Part shown: piece by piece, positions 46,882 to 56,632 of the stretch
How positions within the stretch are numbered: the first letter of the stretch is position 1
Layout: each line of letters starts with the position of its first letter
Origin: an uncultured Clostridia bacterium
GTDB taxonomy: Bacteria; Bacillota; Clostridia; Christensenellales; UBA1242
Direction: 5' to 3'
NCBI GenBank assembly: GCA_930979925.1
Contig: CAKNIB010000004.1
Location: 8,556-72,555, forward strand
Length of the DNA stretch: 64,000 nucleotides
Translations under genes and position numbers: made by a program
The notes under the pieces: generated by a model
Database searches by the model: none
What the model was told of the DNA's origin: nothing
What the model saw: the letters and a program-made list of their open reading frames with translations, nothing else

Positions 46882-47934
46882 ATGTTTGGACATAGAAGTG
46901 ATGGTAAAAAAGTAAAACACATGAACATAATTGATAAGGCAGAGCCTTTCTTTATGCCACAGCGAATTGACGCTGTAAATTACACAACCATAAAGGTACC
47001 TTGCGAAAAGCTTGATGAGTTTATAGCAAGAGAGCGTAGAGGCGGAACGAGCTATTCCTATATGCACATAGTTATAGCCACTTTGGTTAGAATACTTTAC
47101 ATACGCAAAAAACTCAATCGTTTTATCATGCGCGGTTCCATTTACCAAAGAAATTACATAAGTGTTTCAATGGATATAAAGAAAAAACTTGAGGAAGAGG
47201 GAGAAAGTCTAACTCTTAAGTTTATGTTTACAGGGCGTGAAAGCATAAAAGAGGTAAAAGAGATTGTTGATGGCGAAATAGCCAAAAACATGAGTGATGA
47301 TACAGTGCATGCAACTACAAAAACTGCCGGCAAACTTGTAAAATTGCCTGATTTTATGTTTAGGTGGGCTATGGCTTTTATAAGATGGCTTGACAAACAC
47401 GGTATGCTCACCAAAGGTCTTATAAACGCAAGTCCATTTCACACCAGCTGTTTTTTAACTAACTTAAAGTCCATTAAGCTTGGTCATATTTATCACCATC
47501 TATACAATTTTGGTACAACTACCATATTTGTTTCTATGGGCAAGGAAAGAATGGAACCATACATTGAAAACAATAAAGAAATAAAAATAGGCAAATTTAT
47601 GAACCTCGGTATGAGCCTTGATGAAAGAGTTGCTGATGGTCTTTATATGGGTAAAAGCCTAAAGCTATGCAATGATATACTAGCAAATCCAGAAACCTTA
47701 CTCACAAGTCTACCAGAAGATGGAACCATTCCAAAGAAGATGTTTAGAAGAACAAAAAAGCTTAAGTCAAAACGCAGAAAATCTAAAGATAGAAAGTCCA
47801 AAAAGATTAAACCGTTGAAAAACAAAGAAAAGCAGGACGAAAAGCTAAGAAAAAGAAGAAAAAAGGCGGAAGAGCAGGAATTAATTAGTAATCTTGAAAA
47901 CAACAATACAATTTCGCAAAATGCAGAGCAATAA
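46882..47934 (+). CDS. 2-oxoacid dehydrogenase E2 catalytic-domain-like acyltransferase without lipoyl/PSBD domains, with a polybasic tail
   Basis: CAT-like fold pattern. DERVADG sits where E2 enzymes have DHRxxDG. The last ~65 aa are K/R-rich (KKLKSKRRKSKDRKSKKIKPLKNKEK...). Confidence 0.5.
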   Translation: MFGHRSDGKKVKHMNIIDKAEPFFMPQRIDAVNYTTIKVPCEKLDEFIARERRGGTSYSYMHIVIATLVRILYIRKKLNRFIMRGSIYQRNYISVSMDIKKKLEEEGESLTLKFMFTGRESIKEVKEIVDGEIAKNMSDDTVHATTKTAGKLVKLPDFMFRWAMAFIRWLDKHGMLTKGLINASPFHTSCFLTNLKSIKLGHIYHHLYNFGTTTIFVSMGKERMEPYIENNKEIKIGKFMNLGMSLDERVADGLYMGKSLKLCNDILANPETLLTSLPEDGTIPKKMFRRTKKLKSKRRKSKDRKSKKIKPLKNKEKQDEKLRKRRKKAEEQELISNLENNNTISQNAEQ

Positions 47935-47976
47935 TTTGCGTATTAAAGTACAATATGCTAAAATTATTAGTAGGAG

Positions 47977-48255
47977 ATGAAAATGAAATCAATTGCTTAT
48001 TTTATTTTAGCTGTTTTGACCATAGCATATATTGGCATTCTATGTTATATAAACATTGCTCAGCCGACAGGAGCAGCTTACGATTATATTTCTGTTTATG
48101 GCGGACTTGTTATTGCGCTTGCTTATGCTGCCATTAACTTCTTTGGCAATCCACTAAAAATTGTCTTTTTCATACTTTTAATTTTAGCTGTTGTTGTGCT
48201 TATTTTGACAATCGCTATTCCTGACGTCTTTAGAAGTCTTTTTGGTATAGCGTAA
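47977..48255 (+). CDS. Small membrane protein (92 aa, ~3 TM)
   Basis: AGGAG SD and hydrophobic helices. Confidence 0.6.
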   Translation: MKMKSIAYFILAVLTIAYIGILCYINIAQPTGAAYDYISVYGGLVIALAYAAINFFGNPLKIVFFILLILAVVVLILTIAIPDVFRSLFGIA

Positions 48256-48269
48256 TTAAAAGGAAAATC

Positions 48270-50771
48270 ATGGATAAAAAATTATTGATAGTTGATGGCA
48301 ATAGTTTGGCAAATAGAGCGTTTTATGCTCTGCCTTTTTTATCTAATCATAGCGGTCAGCCATCTGGCGCTATTTTTGGTTTTGCAAACATTTTAATAAA
48401 GGTAATACATAGCGAAAAGCCAACTCACATAGTTATAGCCTTTGACCATGCGAGAAAGACCTTTAGAAATGAGCTCTATCCTGAGTATAAAATGCAAAGA
48501 AAGGCAACACCTGTTGAGCTTGTCTCTCAGCTTCCGCTAATTAAGCAAATGCTTAAAACTATGGGGATAAAAACTATTGAGCAGGAGGGCATAGAAGCTG
48601 ACGATATAATAGGAACTATTGCAAGACATATTGATTGCAAAAAATATATTTTATCAGGAGACCGCGACCTTCTTCAACTTATAGACGATAATACCTTTGT
48701 CTGGCTTACAAAGAAAGGTGTAAGCGAGATTGATAAGGTTGACGAGACAAGGCTAAAAGAGCTTTATAACATATCACCAAGTCAGGTGATAGAGCTTAAG
48801 GCACTTATGGGCGATACGTCAGATAATATCCCTGGCGTTCGTGGTATAGGCGAAAAGACAGCACAAGCGCTTATAAATGAGTATGGAAATGTTGACAATA
48901 TCTATGATAATATTGAAAATATCAAGGGCAAATTAAAAGAAAAACTTGAAGAAGATAAGGATATGGCATATCTTTCAAGAAAACTTGCCACAATAAAGAC
49001 CGATTGTGACATCGATTATAACATAGACGATTTTGTACTTGACTTTCCTTTTTCAACTGAAGCTTATCAATTTTTCAAAGAGATGGATTTTACCTCGCTT
49101 GTAAACAATGCAACTCTTTTTAAAGATGTAAATGTAGAAGAGGCAACTGTTACTAAAGTAGAAAGATTGCCGCTTGATAATGATAAAATAAAGGAATTTA
49201 AAAATTTTAAAGACAAACATTTTAGCTATGACCTAAAGTCTCTCGAATTTATGTGCAATGGCAAGCTTTACTTCATAGAAAAAAACTTAAATATGTTTGG
49301 AGACACATTATCTTTTGAAGAGTTAATACCTATTTTAAAACCTATTTTTGAAAATGAAAACATACTAAAAATCACAAGTTCTGCAAAAGACGACATGCAT
49401 ATTTTGACAAAATATGGCGTTGAGCTTAATAATTATTTTGACCTTTCGGTTGCAAATTATATTATAAATGCTGGTCTAAAACTAGATAACAAGGTACCAA
49501 CCGAAGAACACTATAAAAGATATCTAGAGCTTGAAGATAAGATAAAAAATAACAAACTTGACTATGTTTATGAAAATATAGAGAGACCACTTATAAAAAT
49601 ACTTTTCAAAATGGAAGAATACGGCTTCAGAATAAACCAAGATAGATTGCTCGAGCTTGATAAAGAATTTACCGACAAACTTGATAAACTTACAAAAGAA
49701 ATACATGAAGAGGCGGGCGAGGAGTTTAACGTAAACTCAACAAAGCAGGTCAGATACATCCTATATGAAAAGGTGGGCATAAGACCATACGGCACTAAAA
49801 AGCAGTCAACAAGAGCAACAGTGCTAGAGGAGCTAAGATACATACCTTTGGTTGATGATATCTTGACCTATCGTAAATTTGCTAAGCTAAAAAATACATA
49901 TATTGATGTTTATGAAAAGTTAATTAAAGAAAGTGGAGATATTATCCATACAACTTTCAATCAAACGCTAACAAGTACGGGGAGACTTTCAAGCTCGGAG
50001 CCAAACCTACAAAATATACCAACAAGAGATGACTATGGCAAAAACCTTCGCAAAATTTTTGTATCAAAATTTGAGGGTGGCAAGATAATCTCAGCAGACT
50101 ACAATCAAATTGAGCTTAGACTGCTTGCCGATATGTCGGGTGAAGAGGATCTTATCAAATCTTACAACGAGGGCAAGGATATACATAGTTTAACAGCCTC
50201 TCAGATTTTTAATGTACCAATAAACGAGGTTACTCCAAACCAGAGGCGAGAGGCAAAAGCTGTCAACTTTGGAATAATCTATGGCATAAGCGATTATGGT
50301 CTTTCGCAAAATATTAAGACCACAAGAGACAAGGCAAAGAGATATATTGCTTCATACTTTGAAAGGTATCCAAAGGTTAAAGAGTTTATGAATAACAATG
50401 TAGCCTTTGCAAAAGAGCATGGATATGCCGTTACAAAGTTTGGAAGGATAAGAAAGATACCGGAGCTATCGGCGTCTAAGTATTTTACTAGGTCATTTGG
50501 CGAGCGCGTGGCTATGAATATGCCTTTGCAGGGTACGGCGTCTGATATAATTAAACTTGCAATGATAGCTGTCACAAACAAACTTAAAGAGGGTGGACTT
50601 AAAAGCCAGTTAATCCTACAAATACATGACGAGCTTATAATAGACACCTATCCAGGCGAGGAGGATAAAGTTAAAAAGATACTAAAAGATGCGATGGAGT
50701 CGGTTATTAAGCTCAAAGTGCCTTTAGTTGTTTCTATGGGAGAAGGTGAAAGCTTATACGACTGCAAATAA
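48270..50771 (+). CDS. polA: DNA polymerase I
   Basis: 5'-nuclease domain (LLIVDGNSLANRAFYA, GDTSDNIPGVRGIGEKTA) and pol motifs A (DYNQIELRLLA), B (RREAKAVNFGIIYG) and C (QIHDELI). Confidence 0.95.
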   Translation: MDKKLLIVDGNSLANRAFYALPFLSNHSGQPSGAIFGFANILIKVIHSEKPTHIVIAFDHARKTFRNELYPEYKMQRKATPVELVSQLPLIKQMLKTMGIKTIEQEGIEADDIIGTIARHIDCKKYILSGDRDLLQLIDDNTFVWLTKKGVSEIDKVDETRLKELYNISPSQVIELKALMGDTSDNIPGVRGIGEKTAQALINEYGNVDNIYDNIENIKGKLKEKLEEDKDMAYLSRKLATIKTDCDIDYNIDDFVLDFPFSTEAYQFFKEMDFTSLVNNATLFKDVNVEEATVTKVERLPLDNDKIKEFKNFKDKHFSYDLKSLEFMCNGKLYFIEKNLNMFGDTLSFEELIPILKPIFENENILKITSSAKDDMHILTKYGVELNNYFDLSVANYIINAGLKLDNKVPTEEHYKRYLELEDKIKNNKLDYVYENIERPLIKILFKMEEYGFRINQDRLLELDKEFTDKLDKLTKEIHEEAGEEFNVNSTKQVRYILYEKVGIRPYGTKKQSTRATVLEELRYIPLVDDILTYRKFAKLKNTYIDVYEKLIKESGDIIHTTFNQTLTSTGRLSSSEPNLQNIPTRDDYGKNLRKIFVSKFEGGKIISADYNQIELRLLADMSGEEDLIKSYNEGKDIHSLTASQIFNVPINEVTPNQRREAKAVNFGIIYGISDYGLSQNIKTTRDKAKRYIASYFERYPKVKEFMNNNVAFAKEHGYAVTKFGRIRKIPELSASKYFTRSFGERVAMNMPLQGTASDIIKLAMIAVTNKLKEGGLKSQLILQIHDELIIDTYPGEEDKVKKILKDAMESVIKLKVPLVVSMGEGESLYDCK

Positions 50772-50780
50772 GAGGATAAA

Positions 50781-51452
50781 ATGAAGACAAAACTTGTAAT
50801 ATTTGACTTTGATGGGACGCTATCTAAGCCTAGTAAAAGAGATAACAGCTGGGCAAGGATATGGTCGCTAATAGACAGAGAAGAGGACGATAATAGACTT
50901 TATGATATGTATCTAAAAGGCGAACTTGATTACGACAAGTGGGCGGAAGAGGTGATAAAAGTCTATAGAGAAGAGGGCGTTTCTACAAAAACTTTGAAAA
51001 AGGTGGCAAAAGATACATCTCTTCTTGATAACACAAAGGATGTTTTTAAATATTTTTACGATAATGACATTAAAATTATTATTTTGTCAGGTGGCATTAA
51101 AAACATTATAGAATACGTTCTTAAAAGTAACCTTAAATACGTCTATAAACTTGAAGCTCAAGCCTTTATATTTGACGAAAAAGATATCGTGCAAGGTGTT
51201 ACAAAACTTGACCACTTTGTTGAAGATAAAAGCCAATATGTAAATAGAATTTTAACTGAGCTTAAGCTTTCGCCAAATGAGGTCGTTTTCTTTGGCAATG
51301 ATAGAAATGATGAAGATGTATACAAAACTGGAGTTAAAACGGTATGTTTAAATCCACATCATGCTCGCTATGATGATAAAACTATTTGGAATGAGACTAT
51401 TTTGCGCACTACAGACTTAAAATCTATTCTCTCCTTTATAAATCTTAACTAA
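50781..51452 (+). CDS. HAD-superfamily hydrolase (subfamily IB-like)
   Basis: Motif I VIFDFDGTLS, motif II ILSGG, motif IV GNDRNDEDV. Confidence 0.75.
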   Translation: MKTKLVIFDFDGTLSKPSKRDNSWARIWSLIDREEDDNRLYDMYLKGELDYDKWAEEVIKVYREEGVSTKTLKKVAKDTSLLDNTKDVFKYFYDNDIKIIILSGGIKNIIEYVLKSNLKYVYKLEAQAFIFDEKDIVQGVTKLDHFVEDKSQYVNRILTELKLSPNEVVFFGNDRNDEDVYKTGVKTVCLNPHHARYDDKTIWNETILRTTDLKSILSFINLN

Positions 51453-51520
51453 ATTTATTTATTTTTGTTAAAATGTTTGACTAAATTTTTATAAAAGGGT
51501 ATACTCATTATGGAGATGTA

Positions 51521-51949
51521 ATGCAAAACCATAGAAAAATGGGGGTAGACTATGGAGATAAACGCATAGGCATTGCACTTAGCGATTTGCTATGCATAAT
51601 CTCAAGCCCATACGAAGTTTATATCAACCGCGGAGAAGAGGACGCTTTAAAACATCTTGATATGCTTATTAAGCAAAACAATGTTGATGAAGTAGCCATG
51701 GGACTTCCGCTTAATATGGACGGCAGTGAGGGCGAACGAGCTAAAATCCATAGAGAGTTTGGCAAAAAACTCGAGGCCTACTCGGGTGTAAAAGTTCATT
51801 TTATAGATGAGCGCTTAACCTCGGCAGAAGCAGAAGATATATTAATCTCAAGCGGAGTTCGAAGGGAAAAGCGAAAGGAACTCATCGATAAAATAGCTGC
51901 ACAGCTAATTTTGCAAACATTTATTGATAATTTAAAAAAGGGGAAATAA
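51521..51949 (+). CDS. ruvX: Holliday junction resolvase-like / pre-16S rRNA nuclease YqgF (RuvX)
   Basis: MGVDYGDKRIGIALSD, GLPLNMDGSEGE and DERLTSAEAE motifs. Confidence 0.88.
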   Translation: MQNHRKMGVDYGDKRIGIALSDLLCIISSPYEVYINRGEEDALKHLDMLIKQNNVDEVAMGLPLNMDGSEGERAKIHREFGKKLEAYSGVKVHFIDERLTSAEAEDILISSGVRREKRKELIDKIAAQLILQTFIDNLKKGK

Positions 51950-51950
51950 A

Positions 51951-52403
51951 ATGGATAAAGTAAATGAAAAAGAAGATTTAAAGCCAATTGATATCCTTGA
52001 TGTACTTCTTGATCAAGACAATAAGGATCCTATTGTGCTAGTAGACGAAAATGGAAAACAACTCACTTTTGAGCAAGTTGCAGTAATTCCTTACGAAGTA
52101 AGAAAGGAAAAGAGACTATACTGCGTTCTTAAACCACTTGACAAAATTGAAGGCATCGCTGATGACGAGGCTATCGTATTTGTTGTAGACCAAGACAAAG
52201 ATGGCAACTCTATTATCAAGATAGAGGAAGATGAAGAGGTTGCTATTGCAGTATTCGATAAATACTATGACCTTCTTGAAGAAGCTCAAGCAGAAGAGAA
52301 GAAGGCAAAGAGCGCAAAACCTAAAACAACTACTTCTACAAAGAAACCAGCAACTACAACTAAAGTTGCAGGAAAAACAACAAAGAAAACTGACAAGAAG
52401 TAA
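51951..52403 (+). CDS. DUF1292 family protein
   Basis: Conserved position after ruvX. DENGKQLTFEQVAVIPY...LYCVLKP pattern. K/T-rich C-terminal tail. Confidence 0.75.
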   Translation: MDKVNEKEDLKPIDILDVLLDQDNKDPIVLVDENGKQLTFEQVAVIPYEVRKEKRLYCVLKPLDKIEGIADDEAIVFVVDQDKDGNSIIKIEEDEEVAIAVFDKYYDLLEEAQAEEKKAKSAKPKTTTSTKKPATTTKVAGKTTKKTDKK

Positions 52404-52564
52404 TAGGCTTTAAAGAAACTGACAAAAAGAGTATAAGTTGATGACATCATTAATTTTTGCTCTTTTTTTCTATTAATATTTTTATTACAAAGTGTATAAA
52501 ATTTGTAAATATAGCCATAATGTTATTACAAGGTAGAAAACCTTGATAACAGGAGGTGAAAACT

Positions 52565-52699
52565 ATGTTTGGTAAAAATTCCAAGATGGGAAAACAAGCC
52601 AAAAACGGCAAGATGTCTAAGTCATCTAAGAATGTAGAGGCATCTAAAGAAGCTAAGGGTTGCGGTTCAAAGACTGGTTCAGCTAAAGACTGCAAATAA
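52565..52699 (+). CDS. 44-aa lysine/serine-rich small protein, absent from the ORF track
   Basis: MFGKNSKMGKQAKNGKMSKSSKNVEASKEAKGCGSKTGSAKDCK. AGGAGG SD 7 nt upstream and a strong terminator immediately downstream. Confidence 0.65.
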   Translation: MFGKNSKMGKQAKNGKMSKSSKNVEASKEAKGCGSKTGSAKDCK

Positions 52700-52717
52700 T
52701 AGTTTTCAGTCAAAATA

Positions 52718-52746
52718 AAGGAAGGCATCAGCCTTCTTTTATTTTT
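52718..52746. terminator. Terminator between the small K-rich gene and the convergent lipoprotein gene
   Basis: AAGGAAGGC-atca-GCCTTCTTT followed by TATTTTT. Confidence 0.75.
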
Positions 52747-52810
52747 ACATTTAATTTCTATACAAATATTTTTAAGTCAAAACTTTAAATTGCCTCATAA
52801 TATTTTTTAT

Positions 52811-53548
52811 TTAACTAAACAAACTTGTTGAAAGTTTGGCAAACGATAACGTTACGCTTCCGCCTGTAACACCATCAGTTAAAACTGCGCTAAACGTTGA
52901 CTGATTATTGAAAGAGGTGTTAGAAAGTAGGTCATTATAGTTTAACGAGTAAGTTGTTTCAACTCCTGTAGTATCGGTAACAACGAGGTCTAATCTAAGC
53001 CTGTATTGGTAGGAATTTGTGGCAGTTCCAAAATAAAGTACATTTTGTTTAGCTCCAAAATATGAGGCATCACTAGGTGAAAAGGTACCATTTTCAAGTT
53101 CTACATAAACATCACTACCACTGACAGTTCTTGCATATTTTAACGAAAAATTAATATTTGAGATGTTATAAAATTCTTCAAATTGTATTTCGTTGAGTGC
53201 TATATACATCATTCCATTAGGAGAAGACTCTTCAAAAACGACGGTATATCTCCCTGCCGTTTGGCTATTATAGGTAAGACTTAATGTTCTATCCGTAGAT
53301 ACAACTCTGCTGTTGTCCTTTATCCAACATATAAAAGGATTGGTTGACGGATAATTCTCTCTTGCAGTTAGCACGAGAGAGGTTCCTTCAACTTGTGTGT
53401 CATTGCTGTACGCTCCTGTCGCTGACCCTAGATAACTATCGCTATATGCAACACTTATGGTGTAATAGGTAGTAGTTCCGCATGCTGTCAACAAAAGAAT
53501 AGGGCAGAGACAAAGAATAGAAATCAAAATTTTTACAGATTTTTTCAT
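52811..53548 (-). CDS. Lipoprotein with InlB-B-repeat-like beta domains
   Basis: Signal peptide with lipobox LLTAC. The repeat pattern resembles divergent InlB B-repeat domains. AAAGGA SD. Confidence 0.65.
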   Translation of the reverse strand: MKKSVKILISILCLCPILLLTACGTTTYYTISVAYSDSYLGSATGAYSNDTQVEGTSLVLTARENYPSTNPFICWIKDNSRVVSTDRTLSLTYNSQTAGRYTVVFEESSPNGMMYIALNEIQFEEFYNISNINFSLKYARTVSGSDVYVELENGTFSPSDASYFGAKQNVLYFGTATNSYQYRLRLDLVVTDTTGVETTYSLNYNDLLSNTSFNNQSTFSAVLTDGVTGGSVTLSFAKLSTSLFS

Positions 53549-53706
53549 TTTTTATCCTTTTAACTACAACTAAAGTTGTGTTTAACTTATTCTTTATTAA
53601 CTATTATCAATATTTTTTGCCAATTTGTCAAATTATTTGCTTTAAATTTAATTTTCTTAGTGTATTTTTTTTAACCTTGCATAGAATATTTTAGTAAGGA
53701 GCAAAT

Positions 53707-54486
53707 ATGTGGGAGATTTCACTTAATATTAAAGCTGAAAATTTTGCTTTGGCAAATCTATTATATAAATCTTTATTAAATCCTATACAAGATATGGAAG
53801 GCGTTATCACGCTTAATGAGGAAAATGGCTTTGTTTCTATTCTTGTAGGCGTAGGCAAGCAGTATAAAGAGGAGGCAAAACTAATAATTTCAACCTGTAT
53901 TGTCGAGCTTATTTGCACAAGTTTTAAAATGTCCTTTTTGGATAATTACTTAGTTTTTCCAAGGCATGATAAAATTGGACTTTTAGCATTTAAAAAGGCG
54001 CTACTCAATTTTGATAAGGAGACTGATAAATTTATAGTTAGAAAAAACTTAGAGCTTGGTCATGACCTATTTTTAGAATCTTTTTATCACTTTAGACTAA
54101 AAGCTTTGCAAGAAAAGTGGGCAGAACTTGTTTCGCTCTCAAATGAAAATAGTGATTATCTTATTTCGTCAGATAGTTTTATAGATCTATTGAAATTTTT
54201 AGTAGACAATCTTGACATTTGCGAAGACGAGATAAGTGTGGTCAAAGAAGACGATGGATACAAGATATTTACCGAAGATAAAGGACAATATCAAAACAAA
54301 GTTTTCAATGAGGAGTCAATAGTGTCGTCTGTAATTGACCTTTCACCTCAAAAAATTAATTTGTTTTTTAAGGAGCCAAGTAGTGCAATCGACCTCCTTG
54401 AGCGCATATTTGAAGAGCGGATAACAATAAATAACACAGGCTCTAAACTTGGATTTGGCACAATTTCTACAATTTTTAAGGCATAA
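53707..54486 (+). CDS. YtxC-like putative sporulation protein
   Basis: Conserved position immediately upstream of thrS, as for B. subtilis ytxC. Size ~260 aa. AAGGAG SD. Confidence 0.55.
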   Translation: MWEISLNIKAENFALANLLYKSLLNPIQDMEGVITLNEENGFVSILVGVGKQYKEEAKLIISTCIVELICTSFKMSFLDNYLVFPRHDKIGLLAFKKALLNFDKETDKFIVRKNLELGHDLFLESFYHFRLKALQEKWAELVSLSNENSDYLISSDSFIDLLKFLVDNLDICEDEISVVKEDDGYKIFTEDKGQYQNKVFNEESIVSSVIDLSPQKINLFFKEPSSAIDLLERIFEERITINNTGSKLGFGTISTIFKA

Positions 54487-54500
54487 ATTAGAAAAAACAG

Positions 54501-54733
54501 TTGACAATATTTTTTTAAAGTGATAAAATCACAATTAGTTACTTGGAGTAATAGACAAGTAGGTACATTTGATGCGCACAGAGAAAGATTGGTTGGTGAA
54601 AAATCTAAGCTAAAATGTTATCCGAAACCACTATTATGTTGATAAGTTGTTTCAAGAGTGGCATTATAACAATGCAATTAAGGTGGAACCGCGGTTTATT
54701 AATCGTCCTTAAGTTATTTAAGGGCGTTTTTTT
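54501..54733 (+). promoter_or_regulatory. Thr-specific T-box leader with promoter and terminator
   Basis: TTGACA (54501-54506), 17 nt, TAAAAT. AGAGA element. Candidate specifier GAA-ACC-A (ACC at 54627-54629). T-box AATTAAGGTGGAACCGCGG (54676-54694). Terminator CGTCCTTAA..TTAAGGGCG followed by TTTTTTT. Confidence 0.85.
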
Positions 54734-54757
54734 ATTAAAAACGCCAAGGAGGAGATT

Positions 54758-56497
54758 ATGGAATTAAAAAGAGAAAAAGATGAAGAACTTATGAAGGCAA
54801 GACACTCTCTTGCGCACATTTTAGCCAAAGCGCTTACAGAACTTTATCCAGACACCAAACTTACAATAGGTCCAGCTATTGAAAATGGTTTTTACTATGA
54901 TATTGACCTTGACCATGCAATCACACCGGACGAGTTTGGCAAGATTGAAAAGAAAATGCAAGAGATAATCAATAAAGGCGAAGAATTTACAAGAAAGGTT
55001 ATATCAAGAGAAGATGCTCTCAAACTTTTTAAAGGAAACGAATACAAGACAGAGATTATAGAAGAGCTCCCAGAAGGTGAAGAGGTCTCTTTATACTATA
55101 CTGGAGACGATTTTTATGACCTATGTCGTGGACCTCATGTAGACAGCACTAGAAGACTGCAAAATTACGGTTTTAAAATCCACAGCATAAATGGTGCTTA
55201 CTGGAGAGGCGATGAGAAGAACAAAATGCTTCAAAGAGTATACTGCTATGCTTTCAAAACAAAGAAAGAACTTGCAGATTATCTTAACATGCTTGAAGAG
55301 GCTAAGAAAAGAGACAATAGAAAGCTAGGCAAAGAGCTTAAACTCTTTATGATTTCACCTGAAGGCCCAGGTTTTCCTTTCTATCTTCCAAATGGTATGA
55401 TAGTAAGAAATCTTCTTATCGACTACTGGAGAGAGCTTCACAGAGAGGCAGGTTACAAAGAGATTATGACTCCAATCATGCTTAATAGGCATCTTTGGGA
55501 GACCTCTGGACATTGGGACCACTATAAAGATAATATGTACACATCTACAATTGATGATGAAACTTATGCAATTAAGCCTATGAACTGTCCAGGTGGCGTA
55601 CTTGTTTATAAAAACGAGCCTCACTCATATCGTGACCTTCCACTTAGACTTGGCGAACTTGGTATTGTGCATAGATATGAAAAATCAGGCGAGCTTGGCG
55701 GACTCTTGCGTGTACGAAGCTTTACTCAAGATGATGCTCATATCTTTATGACTCCAAGTCAGATAAAGGATGAAATCAAAGGGGTAGTATCACTTATTGA
55801 CAAGGTTTACAAGGTGTTTGGTTTTGACTACCATGTGGAACTTTCTACTAGACCTGAAAACAGCATGGGTAGTGACGAGGACTGGGAGAGAGCAACAAAA
55901 GGTCTTATTGACGCACTCGATGAGCTTAATCTCAATTATGTAGTAAACGAGGGCGATGGTGCTTTCTATGGACCAAAGATTGACTTCCACCTTACTGACG
56001 CTCTAGGTAGAACTTGGCAATGCGGAACTATCCAACTAGACTTCCAGCTTCCACAACGTTTTGAGCTTGAGTATGTAGGCGAGGATGGTGAAAGACATCA
56101 ACCAATTATGATACACAGAGTTATCTATGGCTCAATAGATAGGTTTATTGGTATGCTTATTGAAAACTTTGCAGGTGCCTTTCCTCTATGGCTTGCACCT
56201 GAGCAGGTTAGAGTGCTTTCTCTTACAGATAGAAACAATGATTATGCTGAGACAATTAGAAAACAACTCTTTGATAAAGGCTTGCGCGTAGAAAGCGATT
56301 TAAGAAATGAGAAAATCGGCTATAAAATTAGAGAGGCTCTTTCAATGAAAATTCCTTACCTTATTATAGTTGGTGACGAAGAAGAGCAAAATCAAACTAT
56401 ATCTATAAGAGGCCGTGGTTACGAAAATAAGTCAGGACTAAAATTGTCAGATTTTATCGATAGACTTGAAAATGAAATAAAAACTAAGAAAATCTAG
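54758..56497 (+). CDS. thrS: Threonine--tRNA ligase lacking the N-terminal TGS domain
   Basis: Starts at the editing (SAD) domain HSLAHILAKA. Class II motifs and C-terminal anticodon-binding domain present. 579 aa vs about 640 usual. AAGGAGGAG SD. Confidence 0.93.
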   Translation: MELKREKDEELMKARHSLAHILAKALTELYPDTKLTIGPAIENGFYYDIDLDHAITPDEFGKIEKKMQEIINKGEEFTRKVISREDALKLFKGNEYKTEIIEELPEGEEVSLYYTGDDFYDLCRGPHVDSTRRLQNYGFKIHSINGAYWRGDEKNKMLQRVYCYAFKTKKELADYLNMLEEAKKRDNRKLGKELKLFMISPEGPGFPFYLPNGMIVRNLLIDYWRELHREAGYKEIMTPIMLNRHLWETSGHWDHYKDNMYTSTIDDETYAIKPMNCPGGVLVYKNEPHSYRDLPLRLGELGIVHRYEKSGELGGLLRVRSFTQDDAHIFMTPSQIKDEIKGVVSLIDKVYKVFGFDYHVELSTRPENSMGSDEDWERATKGLIDALDELNLNYVVNEGDGAFYGPKIDFHLTDALGRTWQCGTIQLDFQLPQRFELEYVGEDGERHQPIMIHRVIYGSIDRFIGMLIENFAGAFPLWLAPEQVRVLSLTDRNNDYAETIRKQLFDKGLRVESDLRNEKIGYKIREALSMKIPYLIIVGDEEEQNQTISIRGRGYENKSGLKLSDFIDRLENEIKTKKI

Positions 56498-56632
56498 TTA
56501 AAATCGTTTTGAAATTGAGTATATTTATGGTAGACTTTCTTAAGATTTCACAAGATGTGAAAATGCTAATGCTTTGCTTTTAAATTTTGTTATTTTTAGG
56601 CAAGCAGAAACTAAAAGAAAATAGGAGGCGAA

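Noticed and set aside
52450-52728. 92-aa minus-strand ORF
   Set aside because: It lies opposite the 44-aa gene, which has an AGGAGG SD and a terminator. The minus-strand ORF has no signals of its own and runs through that terminator.
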